Of a stretch of 64,000 nt of DNA, positions 13,377 to 24,351 are shown one piece after another. Both the position numbers and the translations under genes were made by a program. The stretch is from the NCBI RefSeq assembly GCF_016432865.1, contig NC_067401.1:45570001-45634000 (forward strand), read 5' to 3'. Below the pieces are notes generated by a model. The model searched no databases, was not told the DNA's origin, and worked only from the letters and a program-made list of their open reading frames with translations. This DNA is from Antechinus flavipes. Its lineage: Eukaryota. Within the stretch, counting starts at the first letter, position 1. Each line of letters opens with the position of its first letter.

Positions 13377-13830
13377 AACCCTCCCACTAGGCCAAGTCAG
13401 CCTTCTCTTACTCTTCCTTAATTATTATATTAAAGTAATTTGGCAGCTCTGAAATATGGATTGGAAAGGGGAGAGTCAGAGACCAATAATCAAGTTACTT
13501 CCTATAAAAGCTACATGTTTAGGTTAAGTATTTAAATATTTTAAAACCACTTTACCTGAACATGCTCTATTCATTTCTTAGAGTCCATTGGTGCTATTTT
13601 CATTCTCCCCCAAATTCCTTTCTCCTTCCCTCCATTAATCCAGGTTCTAGCTTTCTTCAAGGTCCAACAACTTCAAGACCTACTGCTTTCTTAAAATGAC
13701 GATCTTCAACTAGTCCCACTCTCATTGATCTCACCCCTTTCTGAACTCCTACAGTATTTTTCACTCACAGTAGCATTTAATCATATATTGTCCTTGTATT
13801 TTTAATTGTTTCATAGGAATCCATCTGCAA

Positions 13831-13965
13831 GGGGCAGCTAGATAGCGTGGTGGAAAGAGCACCAACCCTGAATTCAGGAGGATCTGAGTTCAAATGTGGC
13901 CTCAGACACTTAACACTTCCTATCTGGATGACCCTGGACAAGTCACTTAACCCCAATTGCCTCAG
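13831..13965 (+). mobile_element. Short tRNA-derived CORE-SINE (WSINE1-like)
   Basis: ggggcagctag…gagcacc…gagttcaaat (B box)…gacacttaacacttcc…tgaccctggacaagtcacttaaccccaattgcctcag. Confidence 0.9.
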
Positions 13966-14983
13966 AGGGAGAGAGGGAAAGAGGGAGGAGGAAGGGGGGG
14001 TGAGGGAAAGAATTCATCTTCAATCCTTAGATTCTACTCAAAGCCTTGGCCAAGCCTTTAAAGGAACCAAAAAAAAAAGCATCTATCCCTGGCTTCCTAT
14101 AGGTAGTTAGCAAGTACTGTGCTAAGTTTAGAGATAAAAAGCAAAACAGTCTCTGACTTCAAGAAGTTTTCATTTTAAAAAGAGAAGACCACACATAAAG
14201 AATAGTGGACAGTGAAGAATACTTGTTCTTAGAAGTCACAGGGTGGTGAATGAAGTCCTTAGAAGGGATTAATAGTCCTTTCTAAAAATGTTTATCATTC
14301 CCAAAACCAGGGATTGGGGGAAGGACGTGTTTTCTGGAGGGATGCTTTTGGTACACTTTTGAGTGTACCAAAATGGCAAGAAGATGTCTACAGAGCAGCA
14401 TAATATAGCCAAGTAAAATTAATAAAAATTAACATTACCTCTAATTTATAAGGATTCTATAACTTAACTGATTTTATATTGTATTAGCTTTATAACTAAG
14501 TCGGCATCTGCCCTAAAGCCATCTTTCTATGCCCTTGAATTCACTCAGGAATTTAGCTTTCCTTCTGAATTAAAGTTACAAATTAATTTGATACCATCCC
14601 CAAAAGATGTCATCTGTCCTTGCCTATTCTCATGCAATAAGGGGAGCTTTTAATCTGTTCCAAGGCCTAGAACAGCAAGTGGATCAGTTTTGATCCCTTA
14701 ATAAAAATTATAAGATGCAGATGGATCCCAAAAACTATTAGCATTCCTTAATTGTGAGAGAGGTATAGTTAATAGTCCCAACTGGGTGCCAGCCTGTTTT
14801 CCTCCATGTAACCAATCATGTTGTCCCCACTTTCATGACGCTGTCTATGCTACAGCCAATAATACTGTTTTACCTACCTATTCAATGCTATACCCCCCAA
14901 AATAGCTGGTAAGACTCATCTTACCTTATCATCAGACAGGCCTAGCTGCCCCACTTAAAAAAAAATTTTTTTAATAGTTTTTA

Positions 14984-15107
14984 GGGGTAGCTAAATGGCG
15001 CAGTGGAGAAAGCACCAGCCCTAAAGTCAGGAGCACAGAGTTCAAATCCCGTCTCACTTCCTACCTGTGTGACCCTGGACAAGTCACTTAATCCCAATTG
15101 CCTCAGG
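14984..15107 (+). mobile_element. WSINE1-like SINE
   Basis: Same architecture as 13831-13965. Confidence 0.88.
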
Positions 15108-16669
15108 AATTCTCCCTTGGGGGCCTTGATCATTGAGAAAGGCCACTATATCTCAACTTATTGCCTACTGCTAGCTCACCAAATAAACTGATCATGTACA
15201 GACTGTTGTCTCAGTTTGCCTTAAAAATATAACAGTGGATAGTCAAACTCTCAACAATATGGCCCAAGTCCAAGAGTAGGAACTGGAGTGGCATGTCTAA
15301 GTCTAATGCAGGACAGAGAGAGGGGATAGCACAGCAAAAAGACAGGAGAATGATACTTTCTAGGACAAACTCCCAAATGATACAAGACCTTTCTTTTTAA
15401 TGTCCCTAAGTAAGCTATCAACATTTTTACTCAATACTCCCAAAATCCAAGCCTTGAAGAAAAAGCCTTGTACCTAGAGAATTTGTGTACAGATGTGGAA
15501 AAAAAGAATTACTATCTGGCCCTGACCTCTTATTTGTTAAGAATTTGCCATATCCAGACTACTCTAGATACATCATACTCCTAAGTCATAGGAGAAAACA
15601 TCTTAGAAAAGAATTTATCAACTCTCAAGCAAGGTTGACCTGCTCTGTGGTGCACCCCACCCAAAATTATTTTTGTCCAGATTATCTAAAATGTTTCATT
15701 CTTTCAGAAATTTTATCAATTACATATGTGGTGTTTATGACTGACGGCATCCTTCTTGGGAAATGTGAATCATGAGAATAACGCTGGTCCAAATTTTGCT
15801 TCTCACATATAATATCATTCATGAGCAAAGTACTTAACATATTTAAGCTTCAGAGTACCCTCATTTATTTAAATAAAAAAAAAACCTATTTGAATGATAC
15901 ACTTCACACTGAGAAAAATGGGAATTTTTATTTTTTTGAAGATGAAAATCTTGGCATTTAGGTCATTTTGATGACATGGCAGTTCAATCCTGTCCTATTC
16001 TCTTCTTTTCCCCAAAGCAGGGGTTCTGTAGTAGGAATATTTGCAGGCACAGGGATTTTTAGAAAGCTATCATTAGGAAGTAACAACAAGAAGGGGAAGA
16101 AAGGAAGGGAAGGTATCAAAGATAAATCCAGGCTTGATTTGAAATTTCACCTAACACACAGAAAAATTTACTTTTCTTTCTCTTATATCACACCATCACC
16201 TAAATTCTAGGAGGACCTCAAACTAGGGTTAATACTCTTAACATTACAATTCCACTACAATATGGACTACAGAAACTTTTTATAAACAAGTATGGCAATT
16301 TTTATATCTTCTCATCAAAACAATGTGTTGAATCCCAAACTCAGCGTTCTCCCTCACTGCCATATCTAATCAACCATCAAGTTTTACTTTGTCAATATCT
16401 CCACCCTAATTAAAGGTCACATTACTCTCTACTTGCTCTACTACAATAGCCATCCTTCATATACAATCAGACTAATCTTCGTTAAGGACAAATCTGATTC
16501 TATCATTCTTCTGCTGATTATGAATTTTAATTACGAATAAAATTAAAATTATGAAATCCCAACTGATAATGAATTAAAATCCATACTTTAGTCAAGCCTT
16601 CAAGGCCTCTACAACCTGTGCACTTTCTGGTATTGCCTCATTCAATTATCCCTCTATTTAATTTGTTAT

Positions 16670-16832
16670 CAGTCATTGCAGTAGTGTCTAAGTCTTCCTG
16701 ATCCTATTTGGAGTTTTCTGGACAAAAATACTGGAGGGTTTTGCTATTTCTTTCTTCAGCTCATTTGACAGATGAAGAAACTCAGGCACACAGGGGGTTA
16801 AGTGACTCACTCAGGGTCACACAACTGGTAAG
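16670..16832 (-). mobile_element. Mar1/MIR-type SINE fragment
   Basis: ttggagttttctggacaaaaatactggag…ttcttcagctcatttgacagatgaagaaact…gggttaagtgactcactcagggtcacacaactggtaag. Confidence 0.82.
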
Positions 16833-16902
16833 ACTCATCTTACCTTATCTTCAGACAGGCCTAGATGCCCCACTTTAAAAAAAATTTTTTAAATAGTTTT
16901 TA

Positions 16903-17031
16903 CGGGTGGCTAAATGACACAGTAGAGAGAGCACCAGCCCCGAAGTCAGGGGGACCCAAGTTCAAATCCAGTCTTAGACTCTTCCTAGCTGTGTGACCCT
17001 GGGCAAGTCACTTAATCTCAATTGCCTCAGG
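16903..17031 (+). mobile_element. WSINE1-like SINE
   Basis: gggtggctaaatgacacagtagagagagcacc…gttcaaatcc…gtgaccctgggcaagtcacttaatctcaattgcctcag. Confidence 0.88.
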
Positions 17032-17259
17032 GGAAAAAAATTTTTAAAGTGATATTGATAATTGATCTGTTTGTGTCATCCTTCCCCATGGAATGAATGA
17101 ATTTTAAAAGAACATATTAATCAACACAGATTACTTGAATCAGGAACCTTTTTTTTTTTAATTTTTCTATTTCACCCAACATAATGGCTCTTTACTGACA
17201 AAGCATCTTCTATCCAGCACATCTGTTGGCAAAATGCTTCACACATTATTTCATTAGAC

Positions 17260-17400
17260 TATCACAACCTAGGTAGATGTTATTATCAGATTACTTTGCA
17301 GATAATGAAAAAGAGGTTGAGAGAGGCTAATTGAACCAGATCCCTCAGTCAATGAGTGTCAAAAGCAGGATTTGAACCCAGTTTTTCCTGATGCCCAAGT
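17260..17400 (-). mobile_element. MIR
   Basis: ggtagatgttattatc…ttgcagataatgaaaaagagg…ggatttgaacccag. Confidence 0.7.
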
Positions 17401-17479
17401 CTGCCCCTCCAGCCACTCCAATGGGCAGAATCAAGTCCCCTGAGATCACAGCATATACGAATTAGCTAAAATAACTGAA

Positions 17480-17720
17480 AATGTTCAATCTGAAGGGGTA
17501 TGACAATAATCTTCACATATCTGATGGAATGGATGTCACATAAAAGAAGGATTACACTTGTTCTGGCCAGATCAGAAAACAGAATGTAGGAGAGAAAAGT
17601 CACAAAAGGACAGATTTAAAATGAAGAGAAAAATCTTTCAAAGCTAAGTCCTGTCCCAAGTGCCAGCAGCATCCACCAGAAGCTTCAAGGAAAAGCTAAG
17701 TGACCACTTGCTTATTGGGA
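17480..17720 (+). mobile_element. CR1/L3 3' fragment
   Basis: aataatcttcacatatctga…ggatgtcac…aagaaggattacacttgttct…ttcaaggaaaagctaagtgaccacttg. Confidence 0.6.
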
Positions 17721-20700
17721 ATGCTTGCAAAGGCATACTTTGGACTACATGGCCTGAAGCAGGTGTCTATATCATCACTGAGATTTTGATTCAGAATGGT
17801 AAATACATATATTTTAACATCATCATTCTGTTTAGTTTTTCAGTATATACTTATATGCATTTTTTTTTCCTTTCAAAAAATTTCATGAAGGGGTGTAGCT
17901 CATTTATCAATGGCCTATATTTAAGCATATTATTCATTCTGTCACTTGGCAACATACTTATTTTTTAACTGGACCAAAATGTATGCTATTCACATTAGGA
18001 TTTGGGAGTTTATTTTTAAGACAAAATAAATACACAAAATTTGGTTTTCAGATGTCTTTTTAGCAAAAAAAAAAAAAAATTTACAGCTAAAGAACTGAAT
18101 GTTGGCTACAGAATTTGTTGTATATATATATATATATGCTCAGAGTACACCTGATTACATGTAATGAAATATGATTTATTTTTTAAATAATATGTGATTA
18201 CATTATTTATAGAAATACTCAATTTTTAAAAGTACATTCCAGTATATATTTAAAAGGGTCTAATATTCACTAAGCTTTTTAGGAACACTATTATAAAAAG
18301 CAAGGTACACTGCATTTTTCTAAGGAAGTTTGTATGTATTCCAATTCATCAATCATGGATGAAAATCTCATCAGACAACAAATATTTATTAGACATTTAA
18401 AAAATTCTTTGCTCTGTTAAATAAAAGGGGGAAATGGGAAAACAAGACAGGGAAACGATTTAATTCTCATCATCATTAATATCGATCTTTTTGCAATAAA
18501 CTTGCAATGTCTAGGAGAAAAAAGAAATCATCAATCAGTTTTTCTGGTATTATCCTAACCTTTTCCATAAAAATGGAATTTTTCTATATTTAAATAACTA
18601 ATGCATATTTGACATACTTAATTTACATATTTTACACCTCTATTTGTAAATTATTATCAATAAAACATTACTCACTAAGAAGTTTTATCAGGACAGATGT
18701 TTTCAGACATTAGATATAGCATTCAAAAATGTGCATTCAGATATAAAATACTTGCAAAGGACAGAAATCCAAAAGAGTTGATTACAAACAATGAGATTAG
18801 AAAATAGAACAGGTGAACAGAGAAAATCTAAGTGGGAGTCAGGAAATAAGGGAGATAAGAAACAAGAATTCAAATTTTAAAGTTAATAGTTAAGTTAAAG
18901 TTAATCAATTTCAGATACACAAGCTAAAAATGTTCACTATATTTCTTCTGAAAAGAATAACATCAAGTCCAACATCCCTCTCAAGTCTCTTTCTAAAAAT
19001 ACTAAGTGGCTAAAAGGCACAAACAATAACTTCAGTTAATTACTTCTGTATTCAGATTTCACTCATTTTTGTAAAATTCCACTGAAATAGGATAAACCTT
19101 TCAATTGTTACAATGAAAAATGAAATAAGAAAAATATGCAGCAAATATCTGGCATGTAACCCACATTTTACACTGTACTTTAAGGCTTACAAAGCATTCT
19201 CCTCATATCAGAGAGATCATTAGAAGCTATGTATGCCAGTACTAACAGGTTTTATTTGAAACTCGTCAAAAACTTGGCATTCATATCATTATCAACTGAT
19301 TCATGAGAGTTCAAAGACTATCACCATCATTCTTTTAAATATATTTTAGAAATATGTTTACAAGTATTGTACATACTTAACCTGTATTGGATTATTTGCA
19401 ATCATGGGTGTGGAGGGACAGCACATGCAGGGAAGTGAGGATTTGGGACACAAAATTTTCCAGAAATGAATAAAATACTATTAAAAATAAAAATAAAAAT
19501 ACATTAACCAGTTTTAAACTATACTTCATACCGGCCTTTAATTCCAGAGACCTGGGTGAAAATACCCCTTCAGACATTCATGTTCTCTAAAATCCACAGG
19601 AGAGTGAAAGAGCGAGAGACCTGGAGACAGGCCTGAGGAATCACATACTAGCAGGTGCTACTAAATGCTCAAGTCCTTGAACAAGTAATTTCTCTGAGTT
19701 TCAGTTTCCTCATTCGTAACAAAGACTGGACTAGATAACCTTCCAGCACTTTAAGGTAGGATTCTATAATAATGAGCAACTGACAAACTCTCAGAAACTA
19801 AATCTCATCTATAAATGGAGTTACTACCCATCTCTGAGGTTAGTCACTATGAGGAAAGCATTTTTGTAAACACTAAATAAGTTATCATCCATATTAGACT
19901 AAGCCGTGGAAACACTGACAATTTCATAAATGTATTGCCTTCTTCATTTTGCTCTCTCCTCATAAGCTGAGAATATATACTTAAACAGCTATGTATACTA
20001 GGCACCCAAATAATACACCCTGCCAGAAGCTCAAGGAAGCATAATATATATTCTTGCTTTTCCCTCAAACAGATAAAAGGAAGCAAGGTGGTGAATAAAT
20101 TATATAACAAAATTCTGACAAAATAAACCAATAAAACAATCTTGGAAAAAGTTATAAGAATTGCTGAATATAGGGAATATAGAGAGAACTTATTCTCACT
20201 TAAAAAAATGAGACTAAATGTACACATTTCTATTTTAAATGAAGCTTTCTACTTTTAGCTTAACTATGATACAGTCTAAATATTTTGATCTAGACTGCAT
20301 AATAACCACTTATTTTAAGTTAACACAGAAAACATGATAGAAAGTGTCTGGTTTATGGCAGGTTCCTGTGATACTAGTATCACATGCTGTCACTTCAGAC
20401 TGGAATCACATCAATAAGAATTTGAACTTCAAAAAGTCCTGCAGATTTTGCAGTCTAATTATCCATCCAATCATCCATTTTAAAGTTAAGAAATCTGAAA
20501 GGATAAGTGACTTGAACAAAACCATACTGGTAATGATCAGACCACAGTGTAAACTTTATAGAATAAATGTCTTTTAAATTGTTAAAACTACTTCTATAAA
20601 TAGTGCTGAAGAGAAAAGTATCCTAAACAGTAACAATACCTTTGTACCAAATACTATATCACTGGCATCTTTACATAGTGCAAAGAGTAATAGACATGGG

Positions 20701-21329
20701 GTTAGATTCTAATTTTTTTCACATCCAGGAAAATGTATTGTTTTATAATCTAGGTTCTAATCATCCCTTAGAGATTCACTAGAGGAATGGGAAAATCACC
20801 TAACTTCCCTGAGCATCAATTTTCTAAGCTACAAAATAGGTATTGTACCTGCAGTACTTAACTCCCCTCCAATTGATTCAAGAGATAAATCTATGTAACT
20901 TCCTACATAAATGTTTGTTAATTATTATACCAGCCCTTTTAAAAATTGTTTATTAAGCCCAACTGGCAAATTAAAGGAATCCAATAGAAAGATTAATTAC
21001 TTCCAAACTAATTTATAGAAGAGATATTAAAGTTACAGAAATCCTATATACTTAAACTGAGTTTAGAATTGAACAAGTGAAGAATGGATTAAAAAATGGA
21101 ATTAAAAAATAAAATCTTATTAGTAATACTGTGTTTTTTCACGTACTAAACTGGATTCTTCTCCAAGGACAAATGTAAATCTTTTAAAAACCAAATACCA
21201 AAGTCCAAAATATGGAAGGCATGGCTAGAAGGGGAAGGAAAGGAAATTAAGTATTTAATTTCTATAAGTGTATACCACATATAAATGTAAATATATATAG
21301 AAGCCAGGCTAAGAAATTTTACAAATATC

Positions 21330-21500
21330 ATCTCACTTGATTCTCATAATAGCCCTGGGAATTATTATGTCTCATTTTAAGAAAGACAAAATCAAGGCAG
21401 ACTAAACTTACAATGATTTGCCCAGAATCACAAAACTGGTACACGACTGAGGCAAAATTGGAACTTGGGTCTTACCACAACCAGGTTCAGCACTCTATCC
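21330..21500 (-). mobile_element. MIR
   Basis: atctcacttgattctcataatagccctggga…tgatttgcccagaatcaca…gaacttgggtctt. Confidence 0.75.
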
Positions 21501-21559
21501 ACTGGGCTGCCGGCAGCCTCAGAAAATCACCATCGTTTAAAAGACTGGAAGCTCTGAAT

Positions 21560-21800
21560 GAACTCAGCATCAGTAAACAGCTCATTCAAGTCAACAGATC
21601 TAACAGCCAAAAAAAAACTAATGGGATCTTAGGTTCATACAAGTACAGTATCCAAAAGGAGATGGATGAAAGGTTTATATTCCAGTTCTGGTTAAATGAA
21701 ATTGAAAATATCCTGTTCAGTTTGAAGCACCACATGACGAACTGAGGAAGAGGCTGATCCAGAGGAAGGTTACTTGCTGACTAGGGGAGTAATAATTATG
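21560..21800 (+). mobile_element. CR1/L3 fragment
   Basis: cagccaaaaaaaaactaatgggatcttagg…ctgttcagtttgaagcaccaca…tccagagga. Confidence 0.55.
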
Positions 21801-22955
21801 CTATGTGGGCATTAGAAACCTGGAAGTTTGCCCAGAATAATGAAAGGGGGGAGAGGGATCCTGAACTTTGTGAGGGGCTGTCATAAGTCCCAGAAATCCA
21901 AACTGACAACAATGAGTCTAAGTCTCAGAATGATTACTTTTGGCAGACCTAAAGGTTTCCTAACAATCAGAGCTATTGAAAAGTGTCATGGTGCACAGAA
22001 GCAGATGCTAGATAAGGAAAAGGGAATTCCTGCTCAGGTATTATCTTCAGTAGAGAATCTCTAAAATTCTTCATATCTTTAAATTCCAAGAATCATAAGG
22101 ATAAACTTCTCTAAAAAGTTAAGGCTTCATTACATGTTCAGCTTATCACTTTTAAGCAGTTATATAAAATTTAAATCTGGTATCTGAAAATAAGTTTATC
22201 AGCTTTGACAATAACTACAGTATTTCAAAATTACAATTGGATGGTTCCATTTTTTCAGAAGTTCAATATATCCTCTTAGGAAACAGTGAAAGCATGAAAA
22301 GATGATAGTCCAATTAAATTAGTTTGGAAACTCTTATTGTGAAGGAAAAACTACTCCATAAATACATTTCGGATTGACAGTGTAAATATCATCAAAAAAG
22401 ATTAAAATAATTTGCTTTCCTATTTTATCCTAATAAGCTGTATTTGGCTTAGTCTCACTAGATTTAGTTAACTAACTTTTAAATGGCACAATTAAAGTTA
22501 AATAAGTTATAAAGTGGTGGAATAAAAAATAATTGAATTGAGTCCACCTCATATTTTAAAGAAAGTTAAATCAACATCAAAAGCTAAAAATAGGAGGGAG
22601 AGGTAGAAGCAAGCAAAATATAGGTCTGCATTTTTATTAAATATCATTTGTATTAGTGAATTTAAAGTACTGACCTTTTTTTAACTGGCTTACATTATAA
22701 AGCAATATTTTCCTGGATGTGAAAAAAATCAGACCCAATATTAATACATAAATTATGAAAGACTCCTTTTTCATGTTTCTCCGTGAAATTTTAAAAGTTG
22801 AGGTACAGAATTAAATCTCAAACATGTGTGACCATAACCAAGACCAACCAAAGAAAGATGTTCTAACAGAGACACTTGCAAATATTCTTGACTAGGAACT
22901 TCCGACTCTTCATGTCTTAGTATGCAGAGCATTCTTTAAGAAGTGCTCTATTCCA

Positions 22956-23644
22956 TTTAGGTCACATATACACAAATACGCATGCACACATATTTAAAAT
23001 TATTTTTTCACATGACACCTTAACAGTGACTTTAGATCATATACATGTGTATATGCATACACATACACATATATACACACATTTCTCTTTTCACATTTGA
23101 CGCTGACTTTAGGTCATATATACACATATAAACACATGTGTTTACTATACATATATTTTTTTCCCACATTTGACACCTTAACAGGGAAATTTAGATCACG
23201 TCATGTACACACACACACACACAATGTCTCATATACATATACATACATTATATATACATACACACACACATATATTTCACACTCGACAATGACTTTGGGC
23301 AAGTCACTCATTCATACACACACACACATATGCAGATATCTGGGTGTGTGTGTATGTATGTGTGTATATATATATTCCCCTCTCCTCTTTGCACATGACA
23401 CAATGGCTTTAGGTTTTATACACACACACAAACACACACACATGCGTGTATATATATACATATATGCTTCTTTTTTCACACTTGACACCACACCAGTGAA
23501 TTTAGGTCATATATATAAATTTCTCTTTTCATATCTAATATCTTAACAATAACTTTAAGTCATATATACACAAATATACGTATATGGTTTTTTCCCCCTC
23601 TTTTCACAGTTGTCACCTTAACAGTAACTTTAGGTGATATATGT

Positions 23645-23678
<34 letters not shown>

Positions 23679-23841
23679 CTTTTTCCATGTAACACCTTAA
23701 CAGTGACTTTAGGTCATACATATGTATATATTTCTCTTCAGGTTTGCCACAGTGACTTTGAACCATACATACACACAGAGATGTGTACATGTGTTTTGTT
23801 TTTTTTCCCCATTTCCCATTTGACACCTTAACAGTGACTTT
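22956..23841 (+). repeat. Degenerate tandem array: about 28-bp core TGACACCTTAACAGTGACTTTAGGTCAT x12 separated by variable (RY)n + pyrimidine-tract spacers
   Basis: Core starts at 22956 (partial), 23013, 23098, 23171, 23284, 23396, 23483, 23536, 23611, 23690, 23745, 23821; periods 53-113 bp. Confidence 0.9.
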
Positions 23842-23925
23842 TCAAGCCTTCAGTTTCCCAATGTGTAAAATTAGAGATTTGAATGAGATGATTTTTCTGA
23901 GAACTCTCTGAGTTTTGGATTCTGA
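23842..23925 (+). mobile_element. MIR 3' portion continuous with the last array unit
   Basis: ccttcagtttcccaatgtgtaaaattagagatttgaatgagatgattt…ggattctgatt. Confidence 0.65.
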
Positions 23926-24043
23926 TTGTTACAAAAAGTCTGGAATTCACGAAAGCGCAGCCTGGACTCTAAGCCTCCACCCCGGGTACAATGAGACCCG
24001 CCTCCCCCCACCACATCCTCAAAGCCCCCGTGGGCGGGCGTAC

Positions 24044-24351
24044 CTGTGTCTGTGCTCGTCATGTCCTTGCCCGTGGATCAGGAAGCCGCCGAGGTCTTTC
24101 TCGCCCTTGCCGGTATCTACGTGGGGAATCAACACATCCTCCAAGCCCAGGTCAAAGCGTTTGTGTTTCGAGGAGTCCGGAAGGAAGAAGAATGCCCCAA
24201 AGCAGAGGGTGATGAAGGCACTAAGAATAAGGAGGAGGATGAACTTCTCCGAGAGTCTCAACGTGGCCCTGTGATGGGAGAAGGAGGGCGGCCCCAGGTT
24301 CAGGGGGGGTATCCGACGTCCAGACAAGGGAAGCAGAGCCGGGGTGGTCAT
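24044..24351 (-). CDS. MAN1A2: Mannosyl-oligosaccharide 1,2-alpha-mannosidase IB, first coding exon (cytoplasmic tail, type II TM anchor, start of lumenal stem); 308 nt, phase-2 end
   Basis: Translation MTTPALLPLSGRRIPPLNLGPPSFSHHRATLRLSEKFILLLILSAFITLCFGAFFFLPDSSKHKRFDLGLEDVLIPHVDTGKGEKDLGGFLIHGQGHDEHRH(R) is nearly identical to the N-terminus of human MAN1A2 as I recall it. ATG at 24351-24349 in cccacaATGa context; donor AG|GTACGC immediately after 24044. The ORF track's TTG start at 24375 is upstream of the true ATG. Confidence 0.97.

Larger units (their letters stand above)
1..24043 (-). other. MAN1A2: MAN1A2 intron 1 (partial; continues off the left edge)
   Basis: Begins with GT at 24043-24042 on the minus strand. 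I found no match to the expected exon 2 peptide (EEEERLRNKIRADHEKALEEAKEKL...) in 1-24043. Repeat-rich and AT-rich. Confidence 0.8.

Noticed and set aside
13831-13965. tRNA gene (A/B-box-like motifs in this and similar elements)
   Set aside because: tRNA-derived SINE heads followed by the CORE domain; no cloverleaf completion.
23097-23831. His/Thr/Tyr-rich ORFs (149 aa etc.)
   Set aside because: Translations of CA/TA microsatellite spacers; the 50938-51319 ORFs are the same kind of artefact.
22956-23841. CRISPR array
   Set aside because: Mammalian intron, no cas genes, degenerate cores, and low-complexity spacers of very unequal length; the core appears SINE-derived.
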